Of a stretch of 64,000 bases of DNA, positions 12,564-25,300 are shown piece after piece; the stretch's first letter is position 1; the number at the start of each line of letters is the position of its first letter. The position numbers were made by a program, and so were the translations under genes. The stretch comes from Antechinus flavipes (Eukaryota). The notes below the pieces were generated by a model that had not been told where the DNA came from, ran no database searches, and saw only the letters and a list, made by a program, of their open reading frames with translations. Where the stretch lies: contig NC_067401.1 of assembly GCF_016432865.1 (NCBI RefSeq), positions 39,494,001-39,558,000 on the forward strand, read 5' to 3'.

Positions 12564-14179
12564 TGGTATATGATTTCCAGAGGAAATGGAGAAGGTTTGG
12601 CTGAGTAAAAAACCTCTTATAAACCACTGCTTGATGAAATTGAGGAATTCATGTTACAAACCAGTATTTTATAAACAGTGGCAGGACTTGGGGTCAACGT
12701 GTAGCACAACCAAATAGTCTACACAGGGTTTCTAAATCAAATCAGTTTAACACGAGTCCCTGTCCTCAAGCTAATTCCAGGCCACAGGGCCCCACAAGAA
12801 GAGAGCAAAGTCAAATAATTCTTACTGGCTGTATCCTAGGCCAAATGTTCTAACATTCTATGACTCAATTTCTCCATTTACATAAGATTACCATGATCTC
12901 TATCTTCCAAGAATATTTCAATTCTCAGAAGGAAATTAAAATAGCTTAAATTTCCATCATGCTTGAGGGTTAAAAAAAAAAAAAAAAATACAACCTTTCT
13001 TTAGAACAATCTTCTTAAAGTAGACTTTTTATAGACCAGAAACATATGGCTGAGAGAGGCTAATTGGCACTGCCATAAGCAAATTGATCAACTAACGAGA
13101 GGAAGATACAGTACTCTAACCCAAGTTGGCCAGACTTCAAATTTCGTACTTTCCCTGCTCTGCCACGTTGTCTCCCTAAAGGTTTTTGACTTTATATATC
13201 AAATGGCACAAAAGAGATTTTGCTTAGTGCTTCTGCTTACTAGTTTAAAATTTAAAACTAGTTTTTTCTAGCTTACCAGTCAAGAACTCTGCTAATGCTG
13301 GCTTCCTGCAGAAGGGCATTTTCAAGAAAACCTATTTATAAGATGAAAATTTTACACATCTTGATCACTCCTACAATAAATGCTCCCAGAACAACAAGGA
13401 ATGAATGAGCTAAATAATAAAGTGCAGAAATACCAGTGTGAAAATTAACTCTTTATCAGTACATGTGATGATATTGAATTTCCTTAAAACAACCAAAAAG
13501 ATTTCAATTTTCTAGGGAAACAATTACAGAAAGTAAACATAAATTACTTCAAAAATGTAGGCAGGCCAGCCCTGAAAAGCTAGATTCCAGTTGATATCAG
13601 AATCGCAACTCTTTTTCACATTTTTTTGTTTTGTTTTTTAACTCCAGGTTTCGGTGGAACTGAGTTTTCATCATCTGTGCTGTCTATGTTTAACCACTCA
13701 ATTTTATCAAGTATCTTTAATCTCATTTTGAGGCCATCATCTGCTATAGGAAAGGAAAAAGTGGTTGGGATGACATCACTAAATAGAAACTGGGGTTAAC
13801 ATTACTTCTGGAAAAGGCCAAAGATGGTTTTATTTTCTAACATCTCAGAAGACAGAAATGAAGTAAGGATCACAAATGACGTATTATATCATATATTACT
13901 ATAAAAGGATATTAGGGCAGCAGTTAGATAAGCATGATATAAGTCTTTTTTTTTTTTTTTTTTTTCCCCTAATGAAGTCCATGAGTGAGAAAAGAGAAAG
14001 GATTATTGGGGCTGGGGCAGCAGTTAAGATTCTTTCAATATTGTACATATATGCAAATATATATGATCCCCTTACACATTTAAAGTGTATATTCTTACAG
14101 CAGCAAATATTCTTAAGCTTCCCTGAAGCCCCCCATTCCATTCTCTGAACCCCAAGGAAGAAAGTAAATTGCACTGAAG

Positions 14180-15620
14180 ATGCCAGCACTTGGGGAGTGC
14201 ACAGGGCCCCAACTTTCCCGAAGCTCCGCACGCCAACGCCGGTAGCAGCCGCAGCCACGGGCAGCAGGCTCGCCCGCGCGCTCTCTCTGCACAGCACCGG
14301 AGTGAGATTACAGCCCCCAGTCTCTGCACGGGAACCCCAAAGCTTCCCAGAAAGACTGCAGCTCCATCCCCAGCCCTCCGCAGGTCTAAAAGAAGGGGGA
14401 AATGAAGAATAAAGGAGTCGGCGCCGGGAGATAGCACGAGGATTTATTTGCACCGAGGACTAGGCGGCGGCTGCACCACGTGCACGCTTCAAGGGCGCCC
14501 GGGGAAGGAGGCCCTGGCGGGGAAGCATCGCCGGGCAGAGGCGGCCAAAGCCCCCGCGACCCCCACGTTCGCCACTTCCCGGCGGGCCCGCTGGAGAAAT
14601 GGGGGGCTGAGCCAGGTTCGGGGGCCGAGGCCTCTGATCGTGGGGCGCACACGTGGGGTCCCCTAGCGGCCTCGCCGGCGCCCCCCGTGGCCGTGCCTGG
14701 GCACCGGCGCCGGTGCTCCCCGCCCTCTCCCAGACCCCTCCCCTTCCTCCCGACTCCATCCCCTTCCTCCGGGCCCCTCCAGGGGCTACCCCCGCCGCTC
14801 CAGCTCCCGGGGCCGCGAGGGGAAAGGCGGGAGGGGGCGCGCGGGGACTGACGGACCCCCCCGCCCAGCCTCTCTTTCCACCCCCTCCCGGGGGACTCAC
14901 CGCTGCGTTAGGGGTGCCGCTGACCCTGCTACCTCCGCTTCCGCCAGTTTGGTCCCTTTTTTTCCCCTGAGTAGGACGCCCGGTCGGCACTAGCCACTTT
15001 TTTCGGCTTTTTCATAAGTGCATATTGGGTGGGTGGGGGGGCCTTTAACCCCCCCTCGTGGAGAAATGGAGGTGACAAAATGGCGGACCCGGAAGTAGTG
15101 GGGCCGCAGAAGATCAACTCCGGCGGAGGAATGCGCTGTGGAAATCGATCAAAGATAGCCCTGTCCCCGCTAAAGAAAGGGTGGTAGAGCCTTGGGGGGG
15201 CTAATTCTCCGAGTTCTGAGGCTCTCTGAAGGCTCTAAACCTCCCCTGGGGTCTGTGTAGAAGGGATTATTTTAGCGCCGCGGAATGTTACGTGTTTTTA
15301 CGTACTACAAAGTCCCGGCAAAGGGAGGAGCAAGGGCTTTTTTTTTTTTTTTTCTGTTTTGGCGCCAAGAACTGGAAGAAACCGTGAGGAAAAATTCCTC
15401 CCGGGCTGCGGTCGCCTAGTGGGTGTTTCTGCCCCGGGCCTCCAACAGAACCGCGGTTCTCCAGACATCTCAGCCTCGGGACGGGGCGGGGTGTGGACCG
15501 AAAGGTCGCTCTTGATGCTAGGGTCACGCTGTCGCGAACGTGGCCCTTGGAGGTCTTTCCTTCTCCTTCCACTTCGAGCACGCCAGAGCGTGACAGCGGC
15601 CCCTCTGTGGAAATGGTGCG
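14180..15620. promoter_or_regulatory. CpG island / GABPB2 promoter with YY1 (AAAATGGCGG 15077-15086) and ETS/GABP (CCGGAAGT 15089-15096) motifs
   Basis: Very GC- and CpG-rich stretch in an AT-rich background; motifs read directly from the sequence. Confidence 0.85.
14901..15095 (-). other. GABPB2: GABPB2 non-coding exon 1 (5' end approximate)
   Basis: Donor GTGAGT at 14900-14895 inside the CpG island. The first coding exon starts with ATG directly after its acceptor, so an upstream non-coding exon is required. Confidence 0.7.
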
Positions 15621-16793
15621 TTTTTCTAAAAAGAGACATTAGTGTGAGACGATAAGCCTTTATGATTCCCTTACTGTGTGCCAGACACTGTGTTCCACGC
15701 TGGGAAACTTAATTTTCCATCTTGCTGCTTCCATTCTAATGGGGGATGGGAGAAACCGACACATAAAGAGGAACTGAAGAAGGGGGAGGGGAGAAGCGGC
15801 CGGGAAAGAGAGAAGAATTAAGGGACTGACCCAGGACAGACTCGGTAAATCCTAGCATCATCAAGTTTATTTATCCGCCCGTTAATTTTTTTCTTTCTCA
15901 AGATCCGTTTCCTGAAAAGTAACTTCAATCTTCTTAAAAGTCCGATTAAATGATTCCAAGAGGCATATTGTTGATTTTATCCAACCTCCTTGAATGAGGC
16001 CCTAATATTAATGAAAATATTTCAGGGATTATAGATGAGGCAATTTATGTGTTCCCACTCCCTTTTTTGAATGCCCAGGGTGGAGGGATCTTTGAGTATT
16101 GAAGATTTTACATTTTTCCATTTGCAAGTGATTTCTTTGAGTTCTTATAGCATCCTTGTACCTTTAAGTAATTTCATAAATTGTGATTCTAATGTTAGCT
16201 CGAGTTTACTTAACATCTTGCTCTAACCAAATTATATAGACAGGGTCGGCGATCTTCAACCCCTTTCCTTTCTCTTAAGTACCCCAGTAGGCCCTCAAAT
16301 CCCTTGATATTAGCAACTACTAAATGGTAATTCCACCTCTAAATGAGGTAATAATGAGGTGCCAAGTCAGACACGTGGAACAAAAGGGGACTGCTAGGAG
16401 CTGGAGGCAACCGTCTCTCCAAAGCTTTGGACTCGTCTTGTTCCCTTATCTGCACCACACTAGATGATCTCTAACATCTACAATTAGAAGCCTTTGCCCC
16501 TAAGCCTTTCACTTGTTAGGGAAAGTACTGGGTTTCAGAGCAAACTCAGGGAAGAAGAGAGGCTCGTAAAATTGGAAAAAACCAAATGACTTCTCTGAAC
16601 TCGGAAACTTCATCGTTTCCCTCATATTTGGACCACCACCTTTCTGCATAAGGCGTTCATTTCTTTGCACCCCTCCCCCCCAAGAAATGACTAAATGATT
16701 AAAGCTGTACCCCTAGGAAACAAAATCCCCGCATATCCCAACTGCCTCCCTATGAAGAAGGAATCATGAAGTTCGGGTGTGGGATTAAACAGC

Positions 16794-16799
16794 TTTATT
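16794..16799 (-). terminator. MLLT11: Candidate MLLT11 polyadenylation signal (AATAAA on minus strand)
   Basis: TTTATT on + at 16794-16799, about 1.1 kb downstream of the stop. Usage not shown. Confidence 0.45.
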
Positions 16800-17901
16800 C
16801 AATGAGTGTGAGGAAATGTCAGCACAAATGGGCAGCAGTTGCTGGGGGAAGAGGGGAGAACTCGCAAAGATAAGTGTGGTCAAGAGTGTCAGGATGTGGA
16901 GAAGGTATTGATCATCTCACATTATGTCCTCAAGGTACATGAACCATTAAACGCTGCTGGGCTGATAATTTCCAAAGGGTTGAAACTAAGTAAGATCTTG
17001 GAGACTACAAGTCAAGGGAATGAAGCTAAGAACAAGAGGTGAAAAATTGTCAGAAATAGCAAAATAAAAGTTCAAAAGCTTAGAATTTGAGTGTTGTTTT
17101 TTCTTAGTGAGAGAACTTGCTATATTTCTACTCATTGCCTTCAATTAAGAACAAAGCTGAGCAAAAGAAAATAGCTCCATTGAAGGGGGGGTTTCATTAT
17201 TTCAAAATTTGCTTAAGTGGGAAATAGAGAGGCATATAAAAATTGGAGAAAACCAAATTATTTCTTAAATTCTTTGAATTTTCATCATTGGCTCCAATTT
17301 TTTTCATCATCTATTACCTGAGGACTTAAAAGTCTTCATCTTTTACTTATTTGCCTGGGAAGACACTTGCTTATTTTATTATTTTTTTACACTTTTTATT
17401 ACCTTTTTATAGCAGACAATCCCAAATAAAAAATCCCAGAATGTTCGGTGATTGGTGAGAAAGCCAACCATGCTAACTGATCTAGGAGAGTAAGAAAGGC
17501 TAGTAAACTGTCTATAAAGTTGGTAACAATGAAACCAAGAATTAATTTACTATACCTCTTACTACCATTCTACTCTGACTCTGAGCCAGGCTGGTTTGTA
17601 CCTATCCCCCAATTAGTTTGAGGAGCCAAAGGAATTTGGGTACCTAAGACATTTCCTGTGAAGAACCATACCTCTTCCAAAGTGATTTGAGGGACTTCAT
17701 AGGGAAAAGGGGTGCATAGGGTAGTACAGTCCAGAGGGAAATAAATAACAATAAATAAATAGCCATTCCATGGCAGATTCTTTTAGCACCACCTTAACAC
17801 AATGAATGAAGGAAAGCAGAGCCAAAGAGAAGTGTTGATAGGAAGGGGCCAAAGAAAACGAAAATACAGAAATGGTAATAGGGAGAAAAAAGGTTTTAGC
17901 C

Positions 17902-18177
17902 TTAAATCAAGTCCAACTCAAAGGAGTGGATGCTGGCAATAGGAGCTCTCCAGAAGTTGAAGGTGCTGTATTCGAGAAGGGGATCGCTTTCAGGATGTTT
18001 CTGCTGCACAGCTTCACTTGGCTTCTCAGACAGATTCCCATTGTTGCTGTTGTTTCGGGTCTTATAGGTGGACATGTCCAGCAGACCTAGGCCCTCCAAC
18101 TCAGACAGATCCAGTTCGGGAATGGGCATCCTCCAGAAAAGGAAGGAGCTATATTGGCTGCTCACAGGGTCCCACAT
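17902..18177 (-). CDS. MLLT11: Protein AF1q (MLLT11), 91 aa, single coding exon
   Basis: MWDPVSSQYSSFLFWRMPIPELDLSELEGLGL...EYSTFNFWRAPIASIHSFELDLI*. ATG at 18177, acceptor CAG at 18186-18184 giving 6 nt of 5' UTR in this exon, TAA at 17904-17902. Confidence 0.97.
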   Translation of the reverse strand: MWDPVSSQYSSFLFWRMPIPELDLSELEGLGLLDMSTYKTRNNSNNGNLSEKPSEAVQQKHPESDPLLEYSTFNFWRAPIASIHSFELDLI

Positions 18178-21100
18178 GATTCCCTGGGAAAGAATCACCG
18201 ATTAGTATACATATTGCCAAGAGCCTCCGTGATGCTCCTGGCCTGTTTCCCTGTCTCTCCCCAGCTCAGAAACAAGCAGCAACAGAGCTCCTGTGCTCCA
18301 CCCATCCACTCCAAGTTCTTCAATAATCCTCCCTTTTATCCCTTGCCTTTAAATGCTGTCTTAGTGAACCATCTTAGAATAGAGTTCCCTATAGCATCAA
18401 CTCAACTCTGCAATTTGGTTCCTTTATCTACAAACTCCCCCCAGCTAACAGATGATTGTCACCATTATTCTTCACATTCCTTGCCTTGACCTTTTGCTCA
18501 CAATTAACTATCTGATTATCCATATTTTGCTTTCTTTTAGACAAAAATTTGTGCATTTTGAGAGGTTTTTGTACTTTCCAGTAATTCTCACTTTTCCCAT
18601 GGTGACATCTTTTATATTATAGCTAATATGTACGTAGCGCTTTAAGGTTTGCAAAACACTTAATAGCATTTTACATATATTATCTCATTTGATAATAAAA
18701 AACCAAAGTTAAACAAGATTATCTACTACAGTCATCTCCACTGTAACATTCTGCACTGTTAAAAGTACAAGATATTCTTCACCTGTCCTACCTCTTTTAA
18801 GAGAGTACTGGAATTCATTAAGATGTCATCCCATACTGCATTATTCTTGTATGCTTGTATTTACGGTATACAACACATGTTATTTTATTGTTTATTGTTC
18901 CCTAATTGCTTCACAGGTTAATTTTTCCTCTAACTAAATTATAACCTCCTTGAAGGGAGGAACCAGATTTTAGACTCTTTTTCTATGCAATGTTAGGGAC
19001 ATGAGTATTCAATGAATGAGGATCCTTTGGATTTATCACTATAGCCAAATAAACTTTTTATTTTCTGCCTCTGAGATTTGTTGCTGGGTTGTTTTTTTTT
19101 AAACATTATACCCTGTCTTGAAAACCTCTTTACTGCTCTCTGTTCCTTCTTCCCTTCCAAATCCTATGATAAAATCAATTCCTTCAGGAAGGTTTCTTTT
19201 AACTTTGACAAGTTCCAGACCTATCCTTTCAGTGTTCCCCCATATCACAGGTATATTGTGCTCTGAGAATATAGCACCATTATAGACTACATGGTATAAA
19301 AAATTAGTTCGATGTCATATATGTAGAGTAAGATATATAGAATCAGTTCTTTCTTATGCATGTAGAAGATAATCATAAAATTAGTTGTCTTTTAAAGCAT
19401 TTTTTAAAATCTCTATTTAGCTCGATGACTTTTTCTAAGAGCAAGATACAAACCTCTCTTATGTTCTTCTAACAGCTGTATAGAATTCAGCATACAAAAG
19501 TTGATCAATGATGTTAACTTTTTTTTTATTTTAAAGGTACACATATAGATTAACATCCCAAATCTGTCAGGCCACAGTTGATGTCTTAAAGACCTGGTTC
19601 AGTTTTCCAGCTTTGTCCTCCCCTACACAAAAGCTAAACCCTAATTAAAGTTTTTCTTTTCCACGACTGCTTATGGTTCCTTTTGCCCTTATTTCCAGTA
19701 ATAGCTAAAGGAATAAAGGCAAATGACTAGAAATCTTATATACAAAAACTCAAAGGCAAAAAAATAAAGCAAAGGATTTATTTGCCTGTAGGGGTAAATC
19801 CAAATGATTCTCATCCATTGAATACTTATGTGCCAAGCCTTTCATAGGGAAAGATTCAGTTATTAAATGGAATTTTCTCCAAGCTGATTGAATCCCCATC
19901 ATCACTTTCACTCTCCTCCCTAACCAATCTCACCCCACCCACACATTGCTGCTAAGCAGTAAAAAAAAAAAAAAACAAAAAAAAAACTGTATCTTTGAAC
20001 AATCCTGGCAACTAGAGAGAGATTAGGGTGGAGATATAAGGTATTGACTGGAATGTCCAGAAGGGTCAAGACTCACTTCTTTCCCTGAAAAGACTCTTTA
20101 GGATGTAGAAAACAATCCCTACCATTATTCTGGACTTAATTCTCTGTCTCTGTCCTGAACAGTGCAAAAATTTCCCTGAATAATGTGAAATTTCTGTACT
20201 TGAAATAAATTTCTGTACTAAAAGAGAAATCCATTCACTAAAATAGGATTGAAATCATCGGCATAAGAAGGCTGGAAGGAATTTTTAAACGTTAACTGAT
20301 CCTTGTTGCTCTTTCTCTTTTTAACTAGGCATGAATTCTAAAATAAACCCTACAAGCTGAGCATTAGTCAGCATGGAAGTTGCTTAGAAGAGAGGGTGAG
20401 GCAGGGATGGCTGGCAAAGCGTGGGGGAAGTATGTGAGAAAGGTGAGGTCATCATTCCCAGATATTCAGCTCTGCTCCACCTCAAAAATATTTGCAAAAA
20501 ATATAGGAACATACACACCAAAAAATACTTTCCATATGATTAACCCTGCAAAGGTTTGCGGGTTAAGAGGTCCTAAGAAATAAACTCAGAAGGCAAAACA
20601 GTGGTACCAGGTTTGGCAAATAACCTTACCAGCAGTACGTATCTTCCAAATGTTGTATTAAAATGTTTCCTTGAAGATAGAATTAATAGTTTATAGTTTT
20701 CTTAAATCTCCTATAAAACTTATTACAATACTAACCTAATAGCCTTCGTAATACTTATTGATCAGACTTGCAAGATAATATAAACTCTCTACTTACAAAC
20801 CCTTAGTTATCCTCTAAATTTTCAAGAACTATCTATTTAACTGGACTTATTTTTCTGAGTGTTAAAAATATTCCGATATCTACATGGAGAAAATGTAAGT
20901 GACTATAAAAAGCAAGAATCAGATTCTAAGAGCTGCCTCCATTTTCCATTGCTCTGATGTAAAAGCTGACTGAGTAGTCCTTACATAGTAGGCAGAGCAG
21001 AAAATCTGATTTTTTTTTTTTGGGGGGGGGGAGGGAGGTGAGGCAATTAAGTCAGGCAAAACATCTTTTAAAAAATATTTGCTTAGGATCTAAATCTAGA

Positions 21101-22333
21101 TGTATTATTAACCCAGAAGCTCATACAGAGATAGATACAGAAACACAAAGATCTAAATAGGCAGTAACTTACAACAGAGAAATAAACTAGGTATGCGCAT
21201 AAAATTTCTCTGAATGACTGGTGCTTAAAATGCCCTTCATAACAGTGGTATTCACTTTAGAATAAAATTTTGCATGGGATTAAACAAAATCTGATAAAAA
21301 GCTTTCCTTACTCCGGAAAACAGCCCTTTTACTGCTTGGACAGAAGCTATAGCCTTCATTTTCAATTATCTAGACTTTTAAGCAAAAGCATATTTTGCCT
21401 TCAGTTATCTGGATAAATTTACATGTTGATGCAGGCAAAGGTTATCAGACATATGAAAGAGAAGAGATATAGGAATATAGAAATACAGACAGACACACCC
21501 ATTCACAGACACACAAAGACTTGGTCACATCAAACCTTCTTAGGACCTGATGTGTTTACTACCTTCGCCTCAGAAAATCTGTGTCATGATGTTACTCATG
21601 AAGGAAAAGTAATGGAAACCTTTCCGTTATAAACAGCCCATCCTGTCCCCAACCCTTTTAAATAATATTATTACCTTTCCCTCCAGACCTCTAAGCTGCA
21701 AACATGCAGTCCCCCAGAAACTGGCCCCCATCCCCTGGTCTTGTGCACTGCACTGAATTCAAATGAGCCGGCAGGACAGCTCCCCATCACAGAAGGCCTT
21801 CCCTTCCCTACTTCTGCCTCTTCTCCAGAGAGAAAGGTTAAGACAAGAGAAGACTGATGTCCAGAGCATTGGCAGCTATTCCTACATAACCTGCTTTGAT
21901 AAATCTTTCCCAGGGTGAACGCTGATTTCACAGAGACATATCAGAGAAATACTAAGATTTTTTTAAAATGAGGTAGATAGATTAATAATGATAAAACAGT
22001 AATAATGATTGATCGATAAAATGACAGATGAATAGATCAATACATAGAGATATTACATATTAAGGAAAAGACTATATATGCTTACATACACACAAATAGC
22101 TAGAAATAAGATTTGGGAAGGTAATTAAATATTCAAAGATATCTAGAGCTGGAGGGATGTAAAGAGAGATAGGAAATTACATGAATAAATATGACAGATC
22201 ACATCTATTAAGTGACCACCTTTTATTTAGAACTCCCCTTTTACTGCCTTTTCTGTCTTCCCAACCCATGGTCCATCCCCGTAAAACAAGCTGCCTCTCT
22301 GCTCCCTCTACCTTTCCCCTCAGCTCAGCTTAC

Positions 22334-22600
22334 CAGTCACCAACAGTCGGGGGGTTCCAAGGATGGGTCAGCCTTCAGGGGTCTTGGGCTGGTGGATAAA
22401 GAGAAGGTTGCAGTTGAAGCTTTGTCTGTCTCGCTCTCACGCCTTCTCCCTCTGCCTGTGAGAGTGTCTGACTGTCTATTCCGTCTCCCCCTGCAATGCA
22501 GCCCCTCCTAAAGGGGCGGAAGGACTCCCCCGCTCCCCTCCCCCTCCCAGCTAGGGCCTCTGACTCTGCTAATTCTCAATGATTCTCGGGCCTGGCTTCT
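22334..22600 (-). other. MLLT11: MLLT11 non-coding exon 1 (5' end approximate)
   Basis: Donor GTAAGC at 22333-22328. The minus-strand segment TCCTTCCGCCCCTTTAGGAGGGGCTGCATTGCAGGGGGAG resembles the human AF1q 5' UTR as I recall it. Confidence 0.65.
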
Positions 22601-22859
22601 CTGGGGGAAGAAATCAGATAGGCCTGATGGAGGACCAGTCACAATATGTTAATTAACTTCCATTTCGCCCAGACAGCTGCTAACAGTGCCCCGGGAACCA
22701 GTTTCTTCTTTGATTTATTTTTAGGTTTATGAATTAAAATGTCTACATTGCAGCAAGAGGGGAGGGTTTAAAAGGGGTGACTCCCCCCCCCAACTTCAGA
22801 TGGGAAATGGCTTTTAGAATCAGAGACGCTCTTGATTCTTTTTCCACGTTGTCATCTTT

Positions 22860-25300
22860 CAGAATACCCCCCCCCCCCAAACCCAAGCTGGGAGGAGCAC
22901 TCCCCTCCCCCCCCAGCTCTACCTGCCCTTAGAGAAGGGCATAGGAGAGGCTTGGGGAGGAGACTCCGGGGGGAGGGAGGGAAGTCTGTGATCCATGAAG
23001 TCTAATGTCAGTAATGTTTAATCTGCTTGCAGAAAGGGCAGAAACGTTCCTTTTGACCTTCAGGGAAGAGCCTGGGGGGGACTCGGGGCTCCTGCCCTCT
23101 CCTGGCCTCTCGCCTCCTCCCCGGGCCCACCCGAGCCCCTCGGCCCTCCGAGCTTCCCCCAGCGGGGTGGGCTGGCTCCCGGCGCTGCCCCCCTCAGCCG
23201 TGCATTCCCCGATCTGTCCAGAGTGGGAGCTGCGGGCCCGGCTGCAGAAAGGCGGATTTCGTAATCGAGCTGCTACCGTTTCCGCCATCAGCCAGCCCCA
23301 CCTCTCCCCAGGCCCGCCCTCAGTTCCCCCACACCGCCTAGAAGAGAAAACCTTGAAGTTCCTGACGGGAGGACCCAGGGCTGGAGCCAAGAAGCCCCTC
23401 TTTATCCCCAGCAGACCTTTCAATCCCTGGGAAAGGCAGGTCAGAGAGCAGGGGCTCGGCCGGCTCTGGGCTTTTGTCCACTCTGGGGGTGGGGGGAGGG
23501 TGGGAAAGAGGGCCACCGGATGCTGAGGGAAGATCTGAGCCTGGATGGATTTGAGGTGAAGGGGCTGTGGGGGGCGGGAAGGAACCCCCCATTTACCCGG
23601 CTCCCCCAAGAACAGCTCGACAAACCTAGGTCTAGTTAGTTCTTTACGGTGAGAGCCACGAAAGGGCCCGAGAGCAGGGGAGGTTGGGGAGTCGAGGGCT
23701 GAAGAAATGGAGGGGGGGGGGAGAGGGACTCCCTCTGAGCCCAATTAACCTTGAGATTCTGGTGGGAGATTTAGATCAGCGACCTGGGTGGGGGAAGCTT
23801 GGAAAATGGCCAAGTAAGGTAAGAGGAGCAGCCGCTGAGGAGGAGGATGGTGGACTTCCGCCTTCAAGTTTCCAGCCGTAGGCCAGTAAGAGGCGGACAG
23901 AAAAGCGAAGGTCCTTGAGAAGGGCTTCTGGGAACGCCGGGCTGGAGGCCGGGAATGGAGCTCAGGGGAGCCGCAGGGTGACGGGTTTATGTGGGGACTC
24001 CCTCCAGGAGGCCTGCGGCGGGCACAGCGCTGCCTCTAGCCCCCAAACTAGGGGCGGTGGGGGGAGGGCCGGGTCTTGCCCGCGCCTGTCACTTGACCGA
24101 AAACCCGGGGTCCTGCCCCCCTTCCTGGGCCCGTCACCCCTTCTCCTTGTCCCAGGCCTTTCCGGAAAGAAGTCGAGGTGCTTCCCCTTTCTCCCACCCC
24201 TCCACCCCCCTTCTTCCTTTCTCTTTCTCTCCAGCTGCTTCTTGTGAAGGCTTGTCAGGCAGCGGCAGCGAGCCGGAGGCCGGGGCCTGGGTGCTGGGAG
24301 GCCGCGGGACCGGGAAAACCGGTTTGGGGCCAGGCAGGACCAGGGAACGGCGCCCCTCCTGCCTCCCTCTAGGGTTCTGTTCCCCTAAGATCCCAGCCCC
24401 GCAAGCCCGGGCTGTGGCTCCCAAGGTTTGGGGGACCAGAGGGCACCATCCCCTTGGCTCTCCGGACTGCCACAGCCCCGTCCTTTCCCAGGAAGGGGCC
24501 GGGGTCCTCGGGGCCCCGTGACCTTGGGCGGAGGAGGCGGCCTTTTCTCTGTGGGAACCAGTGAGGAGCTCCCCTTGACTGCCTGGAAGTCCCCTCCTAG
24601 AAGCAAGTCCCTCTCCTTGGGGCTGCCTTCTCAGCCACTCCCCCTGCCTCTCTGGGTGGGAAAAGCCCCGCCTCTGGAGCGCTGCGGCCCGGGGCTCCCT
24701 TCTCTCCGCAGGCCCGCCCTTCGCCAGCCGCCCGACCCCGCTGGCTGCCTGCTTCCTTTTCTGCGCCGAGCCCCCCCCCAGTCACCCAGGCCTGACCTCC
24801 CCACATGCCCACTTCCACACAAGATGGCCACCTGGGCTGGGGGGAGGGGGCGGGGACGGGCGGGCTCCCGAGCTTTCTCCTTTGAACTTCAACAGCCTCA
24901 AGATTCTCCAGGCTGGAAGAACGGAATTTCCCGGTCACTTCTTAGCATCATTTGTCGGCTGGGGCCAAGCGCTGTTCACACTTTCCCTCCCCCAGCTCTG
25001 GCCAGGTCCCCGCAGGAGGGAACAGAAGGATCCTTGTTCCCTCCGCCGCTCCCTCCCCCTCCCCGTCTACCTCTGTCCACTCAGCTTCCCCGGGACAGGC
25101 CAGGCTTAACAGAGCCTGCCTTGGATGGGGCGGGGGGAGTTTCCTCCGATTCTTCATTGTTTTCTCCATTTCCCCCTTGACCTCTTCCACCCACTGTTAC
25201 CACTGAGACAAACCCTATGACTGACCGCCCCCCAGAGCACAGGTCCCCCCTCCCCCCCAACCCGCGTTTGTCTGTCCTAGCTTCTGCCCTTTGTCTGGTC
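22860..25300. promoter_or_regulatory. GC/CpG-rich divergent promoter region shared by MLLT11 (-) and CDC42SE1 (+)
   Basis: 2.4-kb GC-rich island between the head-to-head genes, with many G/C tracts and GC boxes. CDC42SE1 exon 1 boundaries could not be fixed. Confidence 0.75.

Noticed and set aside
15304-15320. ZNF143/SBS-like ACTACAAAGTCCC
   Set aside because: Spacing is 3 nt rather than the 2 nt of ACTACANNTCCC.
13899-15655. Overlapping ORFs across the GABPB2 CpG island
   Set aside because: Same GC-content artefact; only the two short uORFs are kept as hypotheses.
21764-21784. RE1/NRSE-like word near the MLLT11 5' region (ATGAGCCGGCAGGACAGCTCC)
   Set aside because: Only the GGACAG half matches. 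I found no canonical TTCAGCACCNNGGACAG site in the window, although AF1q is recalled as REST-regulated.
22929-25206. Many 100-270 aa ORFs on both strands
   Set aside because: Pro/Gly/Arg-rich products expected from stop-poor CpG-island DNA, with no recognisable domains.
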